Assembly (NCBI GenBank): GCA_963745035.1
Contig: CAVUVW010000008.1
Coordinates: 1 to 64,000, forward strand
Direction of reading: 5' to 3'
DNA length: 64,000 nt
Origin: an uncultured delta proteobacterium
GTDB taxonomy: Bacteria; Desulfobacterota; Binatia; UBA9968
Both the position numbers and the translations under genes were made by a program. The notes beneath the pieces are model-generated. The model did not search any database, was not told where the DNA came from, and saw nothing but the letters and a program-made list of their open reading frames with translations. Shown piece by piece: positions 20,665 through 31,114 of this stretch (position 1 is the stretch's first letter; each line of letters begins with the position of its first letter).

Positions 20665-21987
20665 TCAAGCGACCAACACTTTCGTCAGGTCGCGGACGCT
20701 GCCCAGCGAGTCGATGCGCCGGAGTAGACTGATCATCTGCTCCACCTTGTCCTTGCCCAGCACAGGCTCCATCAACCAGGCGGCTTTTTTCTCCACTTCT
20801 TCCGGGCTCATGGGATTTTCCGGCCGTCCGCGGCAGTTGCTGACATGCTCGCTCAAGGTCGTGCCGTCTTTGCAAATGACCTCCACCCGCCCCTGAAAGC
20901 GCGGCCCAGACCGTTCCATCTCTCGGATCGCCGATCAACTGCACTTTCTCCTTCAGGGCCAGGACGCGCGGATTTTTGAATCGCTCGTAATCGTGCGCCG
21001 ATTCGAAAGTCAGCTTGCCGTCGATGAGGATCGACGCGACCATATACTGAACATTGACGTCCGGCATGTGCCGGTTGTTCACGGTGCGCGCGCCGCTTTC
21101 GGGAATGCGTACCTCGATCTTTTCGATATTCTCGGCCTGGATCGAATTCTTCGACAGCAACGCCAAGGTGGCATCGACGGTTTCCATCATCGGCGATCCC
21201 ACCGGATATTTTTTGATCAGGCAGCTTGTAATCGTGAAGCGCTCGCCGAGCTCGTGGAGGATTTTTTTCGGATCGCAAGGCGCATACGTCTTGATAATGC
21301 CCTGATCGCCTTCGAGCACGTCGCGATTGCCGGTGAAGCCGGACTTGAATCAACTGCGCGGCGGTGACGCCGTTGCGCGCCGGCATGCCGGCGTAATCGA
21401 AGGCTTTCTCGATATGATCATCGTCGCCGACCCACGCCCTCGATCCCGACGCCTGCTGGGCGGCATAGGAGATCAGATAACGAAGCCGCAAATCATCGAG
21501 TTCGGCAAGCGTCCCGGCCGCGGTGGCGCATCCGAAAGTGGCGCCGAAGCTCGTCGAACGCGGCTCGAAGGCTTGATGGAAACGAAAGCCGATGTCGTAG
21601 CCGAGAATCACCGCGCGCAGCAGAGCGTCGCCACTCCGATTCTGCGACTCGCCGATCGCCAGCGCCGCGGGCACGATCGCGCAGCCCGGGATGGAGCTGG
21701 CTGTTCGAATCGTCGGTTTCATCGGCGTGGCCCGACATGCCGTTGGCAAACGCCGCCAGGATCGGCGTGGTCTTGAAACTCGTGCCGAGCACGCTGCATT
21801 CCGGGTTGCCGCCTTGGGCGCGCGCGTGCTGCAGGCCGAGCTTCCCTGGCTTCAACGTCGAACCGGACACAACCGCGGCAAGCGAATCGAGCAGATGACT
21901 CTTGCCCTTTTGCACGACTTCCGCCGGCAGTTTCGCGGATCGCGCCGTCAACATGTATTGAACGAGACTATCGATGATCTTTGCCAT
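20665..21987 (-). CDS. MmgE/PrpD family protein (about 3 frameshifts)
   Basis: AAFANG..GHADETDD..LHP, GMPARNG, KKYP.G, RGRPENPMS; split over ORFs 21493, 20853, 20636, 20665. Confidence 0.8.
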
Positions 21988-22026
21988 CTCATCCTCCGAG
22001 CGAATTCCAGTTGTTGACTCTACAAC

Positions 22027-22092
22027 TATCTAGTTCCGCGCGAGACGCGCTGTCAAGATCAATTGACAGCACCGCGCGCGGCGGGTTATATG
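22027..22092. promoter_or_regulatory. Back-to-back divergent sigma70-like promoters
   Basis: GCTGTCAA-N6-TTGACAGC gives TTGACA on both strands, with TATATG (+) and TAGATA (-) 18 bp downstream. Confidence 0.5.
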
Positions 22093-22157
22093 CCAGCACA
22101 GTACTTCTCAGTTCGGCGCGTCCATAAACGTTCGGCAACGATGCCAAGGAGGTTCCG

Positions 22158-23697
22158 ATGAGCAGGAAATCGAACTGGAGTCGCAGAGAATTTCTTCGGA
22201 GGTCCGCGACGGCGGCCGGCCTAATCTCGCTCACACCTGCCGCGGCTCACCTGTCATTTGCGCAGTCCACGAACCGAAGCGCGCGTCACCATCGCCCACG
22301 GCGTCGGCGTCTACTCGCTGAATCCCTACGCCGTGAATACCTCGCCGCTCCAGGCCGCGTGGGGTTCGGTCATGGAGCCGCTCATCGACGCCGACTACGA
22401 GAAACGCGGCTATCGCGGCGTGCTCGCGGAATCCTGGCAGATGAAAGGCACAAGGCTGCAGTTCAATTTGCGCAAGGGCATTCGCTTCCATGACGGCACT
22501 CCGTTCACGAGCAAAGACGTGGTCGCCTCTTTCAAGCGTATCCTCACCGACAAAAACAGCTTGCAGGCGCCCAATCTGCAAAACGTTGGCGAGATGGACG
22601 CTCCCGGCGATCACACGGTCGTCATCACGCTCAAGAAAGCCGATGCCAACGCGCTCGAAGACATCAACAGCCGCGTGATCATGAAGCAGTCGACTGCCGA
22701 GAAGATGGGCGAAGCGGATAGTCGCCCGATCGGCACGGGTCCGTTCAGGTTTACCAGCTGGGAGCGAAGCGGGCAGTTCGTCGTCCGGCGCAATGAAAGC
22801 TACTGGGGAGAGCCGCCAAAGATCGACGAGGTCATTTACAAAGCGATTCAGGAAGATGCCGCGCGCATCGCCGCGCTCGAAGCGGGTCAGGCGGACATCA
22901 TCAGCAACATTCCGCCGCACGAAGTGGGACGGCTGAAAGCCAATCCGCGCCTCCGAATTCAGCAGGTCCAGGGCCTGCGGCCGATCTTTCTCGTCTTGAG
23001 TCCGGCCTACAAGCCGCTGGAAAACGTCAAGGTGCGCCGCGCCATCACGCACGCCATCGACCGCGACAGGATCATCAAGCATATCCTCGAAGGCAATGCC
23101 TATCCGTTGAGCGGCCTCCTGAGTCCGCAGGTTTTCGGCTACGAGCCGAGCGCGAAAGCGTTCTCTTACGATCCGGAAAAAGCGAAGCAGTTGCTGGCCG
23201 AAGCAGGTTTCCCCAACGGTTTCGAGATCGACTACTACAGCCCGACCGGACGATACCCAAAAGATCGCGAAGTCGCCCAGGTGATCGTCGAGCAGCTTTC
23301 CAAAGTCGGCATCAAGGCGAATCTAAAAACACCCGAGTGGAGCATCTTCAATACCGATTACAAGAACGGCAAATATCCCATCTATCTGACCGGCCGCGGC
23401 AGCCTCACGGACGCGGACACGCTGTTTCAGCAGTATTTCAGAACCGGCATGACCCGGCGAACCTTGGGCTACAGCAATCCGAAGCTCGACGAAATCCTCG
23501 AAGCGCAGCAACTCACCTTTGACGTAAAAAAGCGCGAAAAGCTGCTGTGGGAGGCGCATAAGATTATTCTCGAAGACGCTCCGGCCGTGCCGCTGTGGAA
23601 TGCCATGGATATTTACGCCTATCGCGCCGATCTCGTGTGGACCGCGCCGCCGGACGAAAAGGTGCAATTGAAGACCGGTTACCTGCGGCCGAAGTGA
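22158..23697 (+). CDS. ABC peptide/nickel substrate-binding protein (DppA family 5), Tat signal; frameshift near 22270
   Basis: SRREFLR Tat motif; LAESW, LRKGIRFHDGTPFT..DV, PIGTGPF, VRRAI..AIDR. Confidence 0.88.
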
Positions 23698-23831
23698 ACT
23701 CGCCGTAAGGTCGATCACGTGTGACGGGGCAGGCTTCGTGCCTGCCCTGCTTTCTGCTGAAGAGCCTCGGCGGTTACATCCGCGATGCGGTGCACAAGCG
23801 CACCGTACGAAAACCTTCGTGTGCTTCGTGT

Positions 23832-24416
23832 TCAGTCTTCTCTTTCCGTTTCAGTGGCACCCTTGCCGCGCTCAGTTTTCTGCAATGAATGTCGGTCGAT
23901 CTCCTCCAGCAACTTTTCCACCGGCGGGCGATCCGCCGGATCCACGCTGCGGTGCGCGAAAAGAATACTGCCGTGCCGGTCGAGCAGGAAATCTCCGCCG
24001 CCCTGGTAGATGTCTTCGTTGCCGTAGTTGGCGCGAGTTCGGCCTTCGCGAGTCAGCTTGAAATAAAGTTTCAACGTAGCCAAGGAAAATACTCGGAACC
24101 AGGACAAGCGTTTGAGTGTGAATGCCCGATAAGCGTCTCGCTTCGGATCGGCGAATATTGGAAACGGCCAGCGATGCCGCTCTTGGTAGCCGATCAATTT
24201 TTCCGGCTCGGCGAAGGAAACCACGGCGACGGCAACGCCGCGCCGCTCGAACTCGCCTTGAGATGCGCGCACCTCGCCGAGGTGTTCCTGGCAGGGAAGT
24301 CAAGCAAGATGACGCAGAAAGATCAGCAGCAGGCGCTCGCGAAAATGCGCGGTAAGATCGACCCGATTGTTCGCCAAATCGAGCAGCGGCAGGCGAGAAA
24401 AATCAATTTTCTCCAT
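23832..24416 (-). CDS. Peroxiredoxin-like (AhpC/TSA_2, PRXL2/AAED1-like) selenoprotein with UxxC motif
   Basis: ATG 24416 reads MEKIDF...FLRHLA-TGA-LPCQEHL in frame with ORF 23832-24272; TGA at 24302-24300; C-terminal QGGGDFLLD..G.I.FAH...PADRP. Confidence 0.8.
24270..24284 (-). promoter_or_regulatory. Candidate bacterial SECIS hairpin
   Basis: CACCUC-GGC-GAGGUG stem-loop starting 15 nt after the UGA; the loop begins with G, 21 nt from the UGA. Confidence 0.65.
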
Positions 24417-24447
24417 GGAACAAGCAATGCGAAGCAATCCAGCAGGC

Positions 24448-24480
24448 AAAAAAAAGGGGCGCCCCGACCTAGCGCCCCTT
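24448..24480 (-). terminator. Rho-independent terminator after the RRM gene
   Basis: AAGGGGCGC-loop-GCGCCCCTT followed by a T run on the minus strand. Confidence 0.75.
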
Positions 24481-24508
24481 CGACTCTCAATTCTTCAATG
24501 AATGGAAA

Positions 24509-24844
24509 CTACCAGCGATTCCGCCCCCCGCCACCACCACCGCCGCCGCCACCGCGGCGATCGCCGCCGCGATCGCCGAAGCCGCCGGACCGTCTTTCCT
24601 GAGGCCGAGCTTCATTGACCGTGAGATTGCGTCCATCGAGATCCGTGCCGTTCAGCGCTTGAATCGCCTTCTGGGCCTCGTCGGAATTAGCCATTTCGAC
24701 AAAACCAAAGCCGCGGGAACGGCCGGTAAACTTGTCGGTGATCACCCGGGCCGATTCAACCTGCCCGTGCGCCGAAAAGATTTCCTGAAGCTGCGCGTCG
24801 GTGGTCGCGTACGGCAAGCCACCAACATAAATTTTACTACTCAT
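24509..24844 (-). CDS. RRM-domain RNA-binding protein with Gly/Arg-rich tail
   Basis: KIYVGGL (RNP2), RGFGFVEM (RNP1), GRNLTVNEARP. Confidence 0.95.
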   Translation of the reverse strand: MSSKIYVGGLPYATTDAQLQEIFSAHGQVESARVITDKFTGRSRGFGFVEMANSDEAQKAIQALNGTDLDGRNLTVNEARPQERRSGGFGDRGGDRRGGGGGGGGGGRNRW

Positions 24845-25192
24845 GTCCTCTCCTTATCGAGAAATGTTATGGTCTTTTCCCTGAGAACCTGATCACGGCT
24901 GGAAGCAGAACATGGAAAGCAAGACACGCTCTGGTCGGATTGTCCGCGTGGCACCGAATCGCAAGGTAAGACGCCCTAGACCTTCGCCTCTACACTTTGT
25001 CACTATCAGAAGGCCCCATACTGATGAGTTGACTAAAGCTTAACTCAATCGCCCCTTTCAGCGCAACCCCCTTTTTGGAGCAAACCCCCGGGAGCGGCGA
25101 GGCCGAAAAGCGTTCCGCGGTTGCACCTTTCCGGGCTTTTGTATAAACAGGCAAGGTCGAATTTTGATCCATTTGAAGAAGGAGGAGCGAAA

Positions 25193-26077
25193 ATGTACCA
25201 GACCAATCAATATGAAGGCATGGTTGCGGAAACCATTACCTACCAGGGGCACAAAGGCGACACGATCAACGCATATATTGCCCGCCCCCTGGGCGCCGGC
25301 CCCTTTCCCGCGATGGTGACGATTCACCATGCGCCCGGTTGGGACGAATGGTATCGCGAATGCACCCGCAAGTTCGCCCACCACGGCTATGTGACGATAT
25401 CGCCCAATCTCTATTTCCGCGACGGCCACGGCACGGCGGAAGACGTCGGCGCCAAAGTGCGCGCGGGCGGCGGCATTCCGGATGAGCAAGTCCTTGGCGA
25501 CCTCGACGGCGCCAACAAACTGCTGCGCTCCCTGCCCTACGTCAGCGGCAAGGTCGGCGTGTTCGGGACCTGCTCGGGAGGGCGGCACGGCTTTCTTGCC
25601 GCATGCCGGTCGAAGAACTTCGACGCGCTGGTGGAATGCTGGGGCGGCCGCGTGGTGATGTCGAAAGAGGAGCTCACGCCCAAGCAGCCGGTAGCGCCGA
25701 TCGATTACACCAAGGACCTTTCTTGTCCCATGATCGGTATCTTCGGCAACGACGACAAATCGCCGTCGCCGGAGCAGGTCAATCAGCACGAGGCTGAGCT
25801 GAAGAAACACGGCAAGAATTATGAATTTCACCGCTACGACGGCGCCGGTCACGGATTTTTCTATTACGACCGGGCGGCCTACCGCCAGGAACAGGCGGTC
25901 GACGGCTGGAAGAAAGTGCTCGCCTTCTGCGAGAAAAATCTTAAAATCGTAAGAGGAGGCGACAAGGACTATGTGCACAATGATTGCTCATCAAGCCAAG
26001 ATCGAAGGTCGCGGAAAAAGCGGCCAGGACTGGTTCGAAGTGCGCGAAGCCAACGTGTCTTACGATCATCCTTATGA
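25193..26077 (+). CDS. Dienelactone hydrolase family protein (true stop probably TAA at 25950-25952; likely extra A in an A run)
   Basis: GVFGTCSGG nucleophile, FGNDD, YDGAGHGF; read-through tail overlaps the next gene. Confidence 0.88.
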   Translation: MYQTNQYEGMVAETITYQGHKGDTINAYIARPLGAGPFPAMVTIHHAPGWDEWYRECTRKFAHHGYVTISPNLYFRDGHGTAEDVGAKVRAGGGIPDEQVLGDLDGANKLLRSLPYVSGKVGVFGTCSGGRHGFLAACRSKNFDALVECWGGRVVMSKEELTPKQPVAPIDYTKDLSCPMIGIFGNDDKSPSPEQVNQHEAELKKHGKNYEFHRYDGAGHGFFYYDRAAYRQEQAVDGWKKVLAFCEKNLKIVRGGDKDYVHNDCSSSQDRRSRKKRPGLVRSARSQRVLRSSL

Positions 26078-26261
26078 TCTGCCGCTCGAGCACGCGCTCA
26101 ATATCGACTTCGTCAACGAAGCGGCAGGTCCAGGCGCGCGAGTGGCGGTCGAGCTAAGCATCGACGCGGCCCGCAAGTTGGTCCAGACGATTGAAGCCGT
26201 TCTGGCGCAGGCCGAGCAGCGGGGCGTGGCGGAAGATCTGCCGCAGGCGGCGTCCCGTTAG
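25971..26261 (+). CDS. Conserved hypothetical protein (DUF6295-like)
   Basis: MCT..., G.GK...WF, YDHP...EHALNIDF, RVAVELS; GGAGG upstream. Confidence 0.7.
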   Translation: MCTMIAHQAKIEGRGKSGQDWFEVREANVSYDHPYDLPLEHALNIDFVNEAAGPGARVAVELSIDAARKLVQTIEAVLAQAEQRGVAEDLPQAASR

Positions 26262-26375
26262 GACAACCATCGCGAGGCGGATGATGCGAACTCGTCCGCC
26301 TCGCTTCCCTTCGCATTTCTCCCTCACTCACGCTATAACTGAAACCTCAAATCTCGATCGCCGTGCTTCACCTCG

Positions 26376-27629
26376 TTGGCTAACTCCGAAGGAATAGATC
26401 CAAGTCCGGATCCGCAACCCCCCATCCGTCCCTGGTCGTCGCTGCTGATTCGCGATTACCGGCTGCTCTGGATCGCCAGCGTTTTAAGCTCGCTCGCCGG
26501 CCAGATTCGCAACATCGCCACGCTTTACCAAGTTTACGATATCTCCGGTTCCGCCTTTAAGCTCGGGCTCACCGGATTTCTGGAAACTTTGCCGTTTATT
26601 CTTTTCGGCTTGTTTGCCGGCGCGGTGGCCGATGCCTTCGATCGCAAGAAATTGCTCATCGCGACGATCTCGCTGCAGATCGTACCCAATATGCTGCTCG
26701 GCATACTGACCTTCACCGGCGCCATCCAAGTCTGGCATATCTACACACTCGGACTTCTCGGCGCGTTCGTGGAAGTTTTCAATTGGCCCGCTCGCTCCGC
26801 GCTCATACCGCGCCTCGTGCCGGCGCCGTTGCTCATGAATGCCATGGTGGTGAACACCATGATTCTACAAACCAGCTTTCTCGTCGGTCCGGCGATCGGC
26901 GGATTCTTGATCGATCGAGGCGGGCTGGCGATCGCGTATCTTTTCAGCACCTTGCTGTTCGTGCCGGCGGTGTTTGCAATCCTGTCGCTGCGCACATCGG
27001 GCAAAATCGAAGGACCGCGGCGGAAGGTAAACCTTCGAAGCATCGTCGAAGGCATCGAGTTCATCTGGATACAGCGCATCATCCTTTCCCTCTTTCTTCT
27101 CGACTTCGCGGTAGTCCTGGTGGGCTTTTACCGTCCGATATTGCCGATCTTCGCCGCGGATGTCTTTCAAACCGGCGCCTCCGGGCTCGGGTTGCTCTAC
27201 GCCGCGCCGTCCGCCGGCTCGTTGCTGGGCTCGACGGTGTTATTGATGGCCGGCGACGTACCTCGGAAAGGCGTGCTCGTCATCGTTGCCGCCTTGTGCT
27301 TTGCAGGCTCGCTCGCTTTACTCGGTATCTCGCAATGGTTTTGGATGGCGGTCGTGGCGGTGCTGATTCTCGGCTTTACCGATTCGATCAGTGTCGCGAT
27401 TCGCCGCACGGTGGTGCAGCTTCTCGCTCCCGACGGTATGCTCGGACGAGCGGCGAGTTTGATTACAGTGTTCGCTCAGACGACCAATGGCTTGGGCGCG
27501 CTTCTCGCCGGCATCGCCGCCGAGTATTTGGGCGCGCCCAATGCGCTGTTGATCGGCAGCGGTCTTTGTTTCTTGATGATCTTCGGCATCTGCATCGCCA
27601 TCCCGCAGCTCTGGCGTTATCGGTCTTAA
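26376..27629 (+). CDS. MFS transporter (EntS-like H+ antiporter type)
   Basis: RDYRLLW, GAVADAFDRKK, PARSALIPRLV, MLGR; about 12 TM. Confidence 0.9.
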   Translation: MANSEGIDPSPDPQPPIRPWSSLLIRDYRLLWIASVLSSLAGQIRNIATLYQVYDISGSAFKLGLTGFLETLPFILFGLFAGAVADAFDRKKLLIATISLQIVPNMLLGILTFTGAIQVWHIYTLGLLGAFVEVFNWPARSALIPRLVPAPLLMNAMVVNTMILQTSFLVGPAIGGFLIDRGGLAIAYLFSTLLFVPAVFAILSLRTSGKIEGPRRKVNLRSIVEGIEFIWIQRIILSLFLLDFAVVLVGFYRPILPIFAADVFQTGASGLGLLYAAPSAGSLLGSTVLLMAGDVPRKGVLVIVAALCFAGSLALLGISQWFWMAVVAVLILGFTDSISVAIRRTVVQLLAPDGMLGRAASLITVFAQTTNGLGALLAGIAAEYLGAPNALLIGSGLCFLMIFGICIAIPQLWRYRS

Positions 27630-27637
27630 TGGAAGGA

Positions 27638-27732
27638 CGTTCAAAAAGTTCAAGCCGTTCAAATCGTTCAAAACGTCCGAACCGCCTTATCAGACGGCTT
27701 GAACGATTTGAACTGCTTGAACGGCTTGAACG
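27638..27732. repeat. Mirror array of (CG)TTCAA / TTGAA(CG) ~9-nt units
   Basis: Four GTTCAA units followed by four TTGAAC units; partial relatives near 4964-4989 and 61809-61832. Confidence 0.7.
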
Positions 27733-27749
27733 AGTGACCCGAAAAGAGG

Positions 27750-29360
27750 TTATCTGACTTTGACTCTGCCTGCCTTTAGCTTCTCGCCGACTTCGAAGTG
27801 GCGGCCTTGCACGGCCAGCTCGGCTTCGTGGTCGAGCTCTTCGCTCCATTGGCCGAGCGAATAGCCGAACCAGGGCATCTGCGGCCGGAGCTTGGGTAGC
27901 TCGAGCTCTTCCCAAATCTTGCGCGCATTTTCCATGAATTCCCGCTTGGGCAGCGATACCGGCGGGAACGGCTCCTTGAGAATAGCGTTGCAGAGCATCG
28001 CCGACTCGTCCGCCGGCAAGTGATACGAAACGACGTCGGTGCCTTTGGTCTCGTGCTCGTAGAGAAACGGCGGAGCGTGGCCCTTTTCCATGCCGCCGAC
28101 GATGTGCACGTCCTTGTGCGGCTTCATGCGGTAGCACATCGCCCAGAAAACCGCCGCCTCGTTGGACGGATCGATGTCTTCGTCGACCGCGACGACGATC
28201 TTGCCGACACCAGGATGAAACGAGCACGCGGCGTGCAGCGCGCGCCACACTTCCGCTTCGTTGGGCCGGCGCATCTGAATGATCACAAGCTTATACGTGT
28301 TCGTCAGCGGCTCGTGCATTTCAACCCGCAGCACGCTGGTGATGCGGCACTCGTCGCGCAGATGCACGAGCATCAAGCGGTCGTAGCCGATTTTGCGGAT
28401 GACCGACGACTCGCTCGGCGTAAGCTGGCTCAGCCATGAGGTGTAGATCGCGTCTTTGCGGTGCGTGATCGCGGTCACGTCCATGAACGGATTCAACTGC
28501 CGCGGGTGCATGTAGCCGTGCGACTCGCCGAACGGCCCTTCCGGCTCGATGTATTCCGTGTTGAGATAGCCTTCGACGACAATCTCGGCGTCCGCCGGCA
28601 CCATCACGTCGATGGTCTTGCATTTGACCATCGGGATCGGCTCGCCGGCCAGGCCGCCGGCGACTCCCATCTCGTCCACGCCGTAGGGAATTTTTTGCAC
28701 CGAAACATAGGAAACGATCGGCGGCGCGCCGATGACCAGTGCCGCGGGCAGATGCTTGCCCTTTTCCTGCGCTTTCTTCCAGTGCAGAAAAATGTCCTGG
28801 CCCAAGCCGGACGGAAACACGCCGACCCGACGACGCGCTTTGATCTCGCCGCGGTAGTTGCCGATGTTCTGAATGCCGGTGTCCATGTCCGCCGTGATCC
28901 AGTGCGAACAGGTCGTATACGGACCGTTGTCGAATCCCGGCGTGGAGATCGGCACGGGAAAGCGGTCGAGGCCGTTGCCTTCCTTGTCCAGCTCGTCACC
29001 GAGAATGACGACGTCCTGGCATTTCGCCTTCGTAACAGTGATGGGATTGACCGGCTCCGCCAACGCCTTCTTCCAGCGCGCGTCCATCTCTTCGGCGCTA
29101 TTGCAGCCCATGCCGAGATAATAAATCTCCGGCTTTCCGGCCAACGCGCCGACGACCACGGGCATGTTGTACCGGCGTCCTTTGGCGTCAGTCACATTTT
29201 CGAAGAGCCATGCCTTACGATCCTCTTCGGACAAGCCGCGGTACTGCCAGCGCACTAAAGGGTGAAGTTCCGTGTCTTTGTTGATCAGGCGCGTGACCCT
29301 GCGCAAAAGGCCGTGCTCTTCCAAATTTTTTAAATGCTGATGCAGATCGAAATAAGGCAT
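27750..29360 (-). CDS. UbiD family (prFMN-dependent) decarboxylase
   Basis: NIGNYR, VPADAEIVVEG, EGPFGE, KIVVAVDEDIDP, VFWAM. Confidence 0.9.
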   Translation of the reverse strand: MPYFDLHQHLKNLEEHGLLRRVTRLINKDTELHPLVRWQYRGLSEEDRKAWLFENVTDAKGRRYNMPVVVGALAGKPEIYYLGMGCNSAEEMDARWKKALAEPVNPITVTKAKCQDVVILGDELDKEGNGLDRFPVPISTPGFDNGPYTTCSHWITADMDTGIQNIGNYRGEIKARRRVGVFPSGLGQDIFLHWKKAQEKGKHLPAALVIGAPPIVSYVSVQKIPYGVDEMGVAGGLAGEPIPMVKCKTIDVMVPADAEIVVEGYLNTEYIEPEGPFGESHGYMHPRQLNPFMDVTAITHRKDAIYTSWLSQLTPSESSVIRKIGYDRLMLVHLRDECRITSVLRVEMHEPLTNTYKLVIIQMRRPNEAEVWRALHAACSFHPGVGKIVVAVDEDIDPSNEAAVFWAMCYRMKPHKDVHIVGGMEKGHAPPFLYEHETKGTDVVSYHLPADESAMLCNAILKEPFPPVSLPKREFMENARKIWEELELPKLRPQMPWFGYSLGQWSEELDHEAELAVQGRHFEVGEKLKAGRVKVR

Positions 29361-29523
29361 ATGTAAAATTCTCCTCTATTCCTTCAAACAATCAGGGGAA
29401 AATATCCGATCTGCCTGGTACCGTCAACACAACGGAGAACTGGAACGATGCCAAAATACGTAGGGGCGACCGGCCGGTGGCCCCCTACAAAGAAAACACG
29501 AGATTGGGTTCGCGGCAGAATGC

Positions 29524-30537
29524 CTAATACAGGCTGCGGAAAAAACCACTGTCTTCGAATCGTTTACAGTAGGACATGTCGGCAACTTCTTCCGGTTTGA
29601 TCTGCGCGGCTTTCGCATTGAGCCCGTGCTGCGCCATCAACTTGAGCATGGCCACGATACCTTCTAACGACGGGCACGGCTGCTTCGGCATTGCCGCAAC
29701 CAACTGCTGATAGGCCTTTTCGACCCGTTCGCCTTTATCCAAGCGCAGGTTCCGCGCCAGGCTCCTAACGACGATTTCCTTGTTTGCCGGCTTGTGAATG
29801 AAAGCCGTACCTTCGACCGTCGCCTTCGCGACGTTTTCGACGAGCTGCGGATTGGTTTTGATCAAACTACGCGGCACCACGAGGCCCGATGACTGAAACT
29901 GAACGTTTTCCTTTCCCAGATCGACCATCACCCGGTAATTTTCACTCACCACCACTTGGCCGAACTCGGGCGACAAACTCGTCGCTTCGACGCTGCCGGA
30001 GCGCAACGCACCCATCCGCTCCGGTACGCCGCCGACGAATAACAAGACGATATTGTCGCGCCGCGGCACCAGACCAAGATGGTCGAGAGCCACGTAGGTT
30101 GCCAGCGACGCGGAACCGGCGGGCGTGCCTATCGCGACTTTTTTGCCTTTCAAATCTTCCGCGCTTTTGATCGTCGGCTTGGCGACGAAAATATAATCGA
30201 GCCGGTTCTCCAGCCCGAGAATCATCGTAAAGTCGCCGCCCGCGGTATTGGCATTGGTCACGTGCGTGCCACCGACCAAGCCCACCGGCACCTGCCCCGC
30301 CAACATCGCCTGCATCGCCCGCCCGGCGATGATGAAAACCAAATCGACGTCCAGGCCGTACTTCTTGAAAATTCCCTGCTCCTTCGCGATCCACAGCGGC
30401 GCCACGTTATTGCTAATCGCGCCGTGCGCGATCAGCAGCTTCGATGGCTCCGCTGCGAAGGCGGTCATCGCGGTGAAAAGACATGCAGCCACAGCGGTGG
30501 CTCGTATGGCGTTGTTTACTGATCGGCGATTTAGCAT
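29524..30537 (-). CDS. ABC substrate-binding protein, NitT/TauT family
   Basis: Signal peptide; PLWIAKEQGIFKKYGLDV, DLKGKKVAI. Confidence 0.88.
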   Translation of the reverse strand: MLNRRSVNNAIRATAVAACLFTAMTAFAAEPSKLLIAHGAISNNVAPLWIAKEQGIFKKYGLDVDLVFIIAGRAMQAMLAGQVPVGLVGGTHVTNANTAGGDFTMILGLENRLDYIFVAKPTIKSAEDLKGKKVAIGTPAGSASLATYVALDHLGLVPRRDNIVLLFVGGVPERMGALRSGSVEATSLSPEFGQVVVSENYRVMVDLGKENVQFQSSGLVVPRSLIKTNPQLVENVAKATVEGTAFIHKPANKEIVVRSLARNLRLDKGERVEKAYQQLVAAMPKQPCPSLEGIVAMLKLMAQHGLNAKAAQIKPEEVADMSYCKRFEDSGFFRSLY

Positions 30538-30733
30538 TTAATTGTGTCTTTATTTTTTGGGAATGAAATATCTCAGCTCTAGGGCAACAAAAATTCGTCA
30601 TGCCGACGAACGCCGGCATCCAGGTTCGCTTTCGCTTAAAAACCCTAAATTCCGGCTTACGCCGGAATAACGGAACTGTGCGTCCACTTCCCGTCGGAAC
30701 CGCGCTTGCAACGGACCATCACTGGCTTCTGCC

Positions 30734-31099
30734 TTACGACTTCCACCCATGCACCGTCACATCGACGAGTTGCCCGACGGGATCGTGCACGCCCATCTCG
30801 GCGAATCGGCCGTCGCGCGGCTTCTTGTCCGCTTCGCTTTTAGCGCCGGAAGCTTGCGCGTTGTTCAGAGTCTCTTCCATGTTCTCGACCTGAAAGCCAA
30901 AGTGATCGATCCCTTCGCGCCCGCCGCGCGCGGGCAAGACCGCCATGTTGATGTAGCCGTCGGTGAGATAGATCGCGCGATTGCCGTCATCGCGCACCGG
31001 GCCGCGCCATGCTTCGGTCATGCCGAAAGTTTTCTTGTAAAACTCGGCGGTCTTTTCCTGATCTTCCACCTTGATCGCAATATGCCTGATCTTTGCCAT
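30734..31099 (-). CDS. VOC family protein
   Basis: KIRHIAI...AEFY..FG, GIDHFGFQV, DPVG..VD. Confidence 0.85.
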   Translation of the reverse strand: MAKIRHIAIKVEDQEKTAEFYKKTFGMTEAWRGPVRDDGNRAIYLTDGYINMAVLPARGGREGIDHFGFQVENMEETLNNAQASGAKSEADKKPRDGRFAEMGVHDPVGQLVDVTVHGWKS

Positions 31100-31114
31100 A
31101 CGCCATTCCTCCTT

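Noticed and set aside
23872-24303. 143-aa alternative-frame ORF starting near the TGA
   Set aside because: Arg-rich off-frame shadow; the UxxC frame explains the region
27638-27732. Possible CRISPR array (also 34676-34766 and 36031-36109)
   Set aside because: Units are 7-9 nt, mirror-arranged, without unique 30-40-nt spacers, and no cas genes are present
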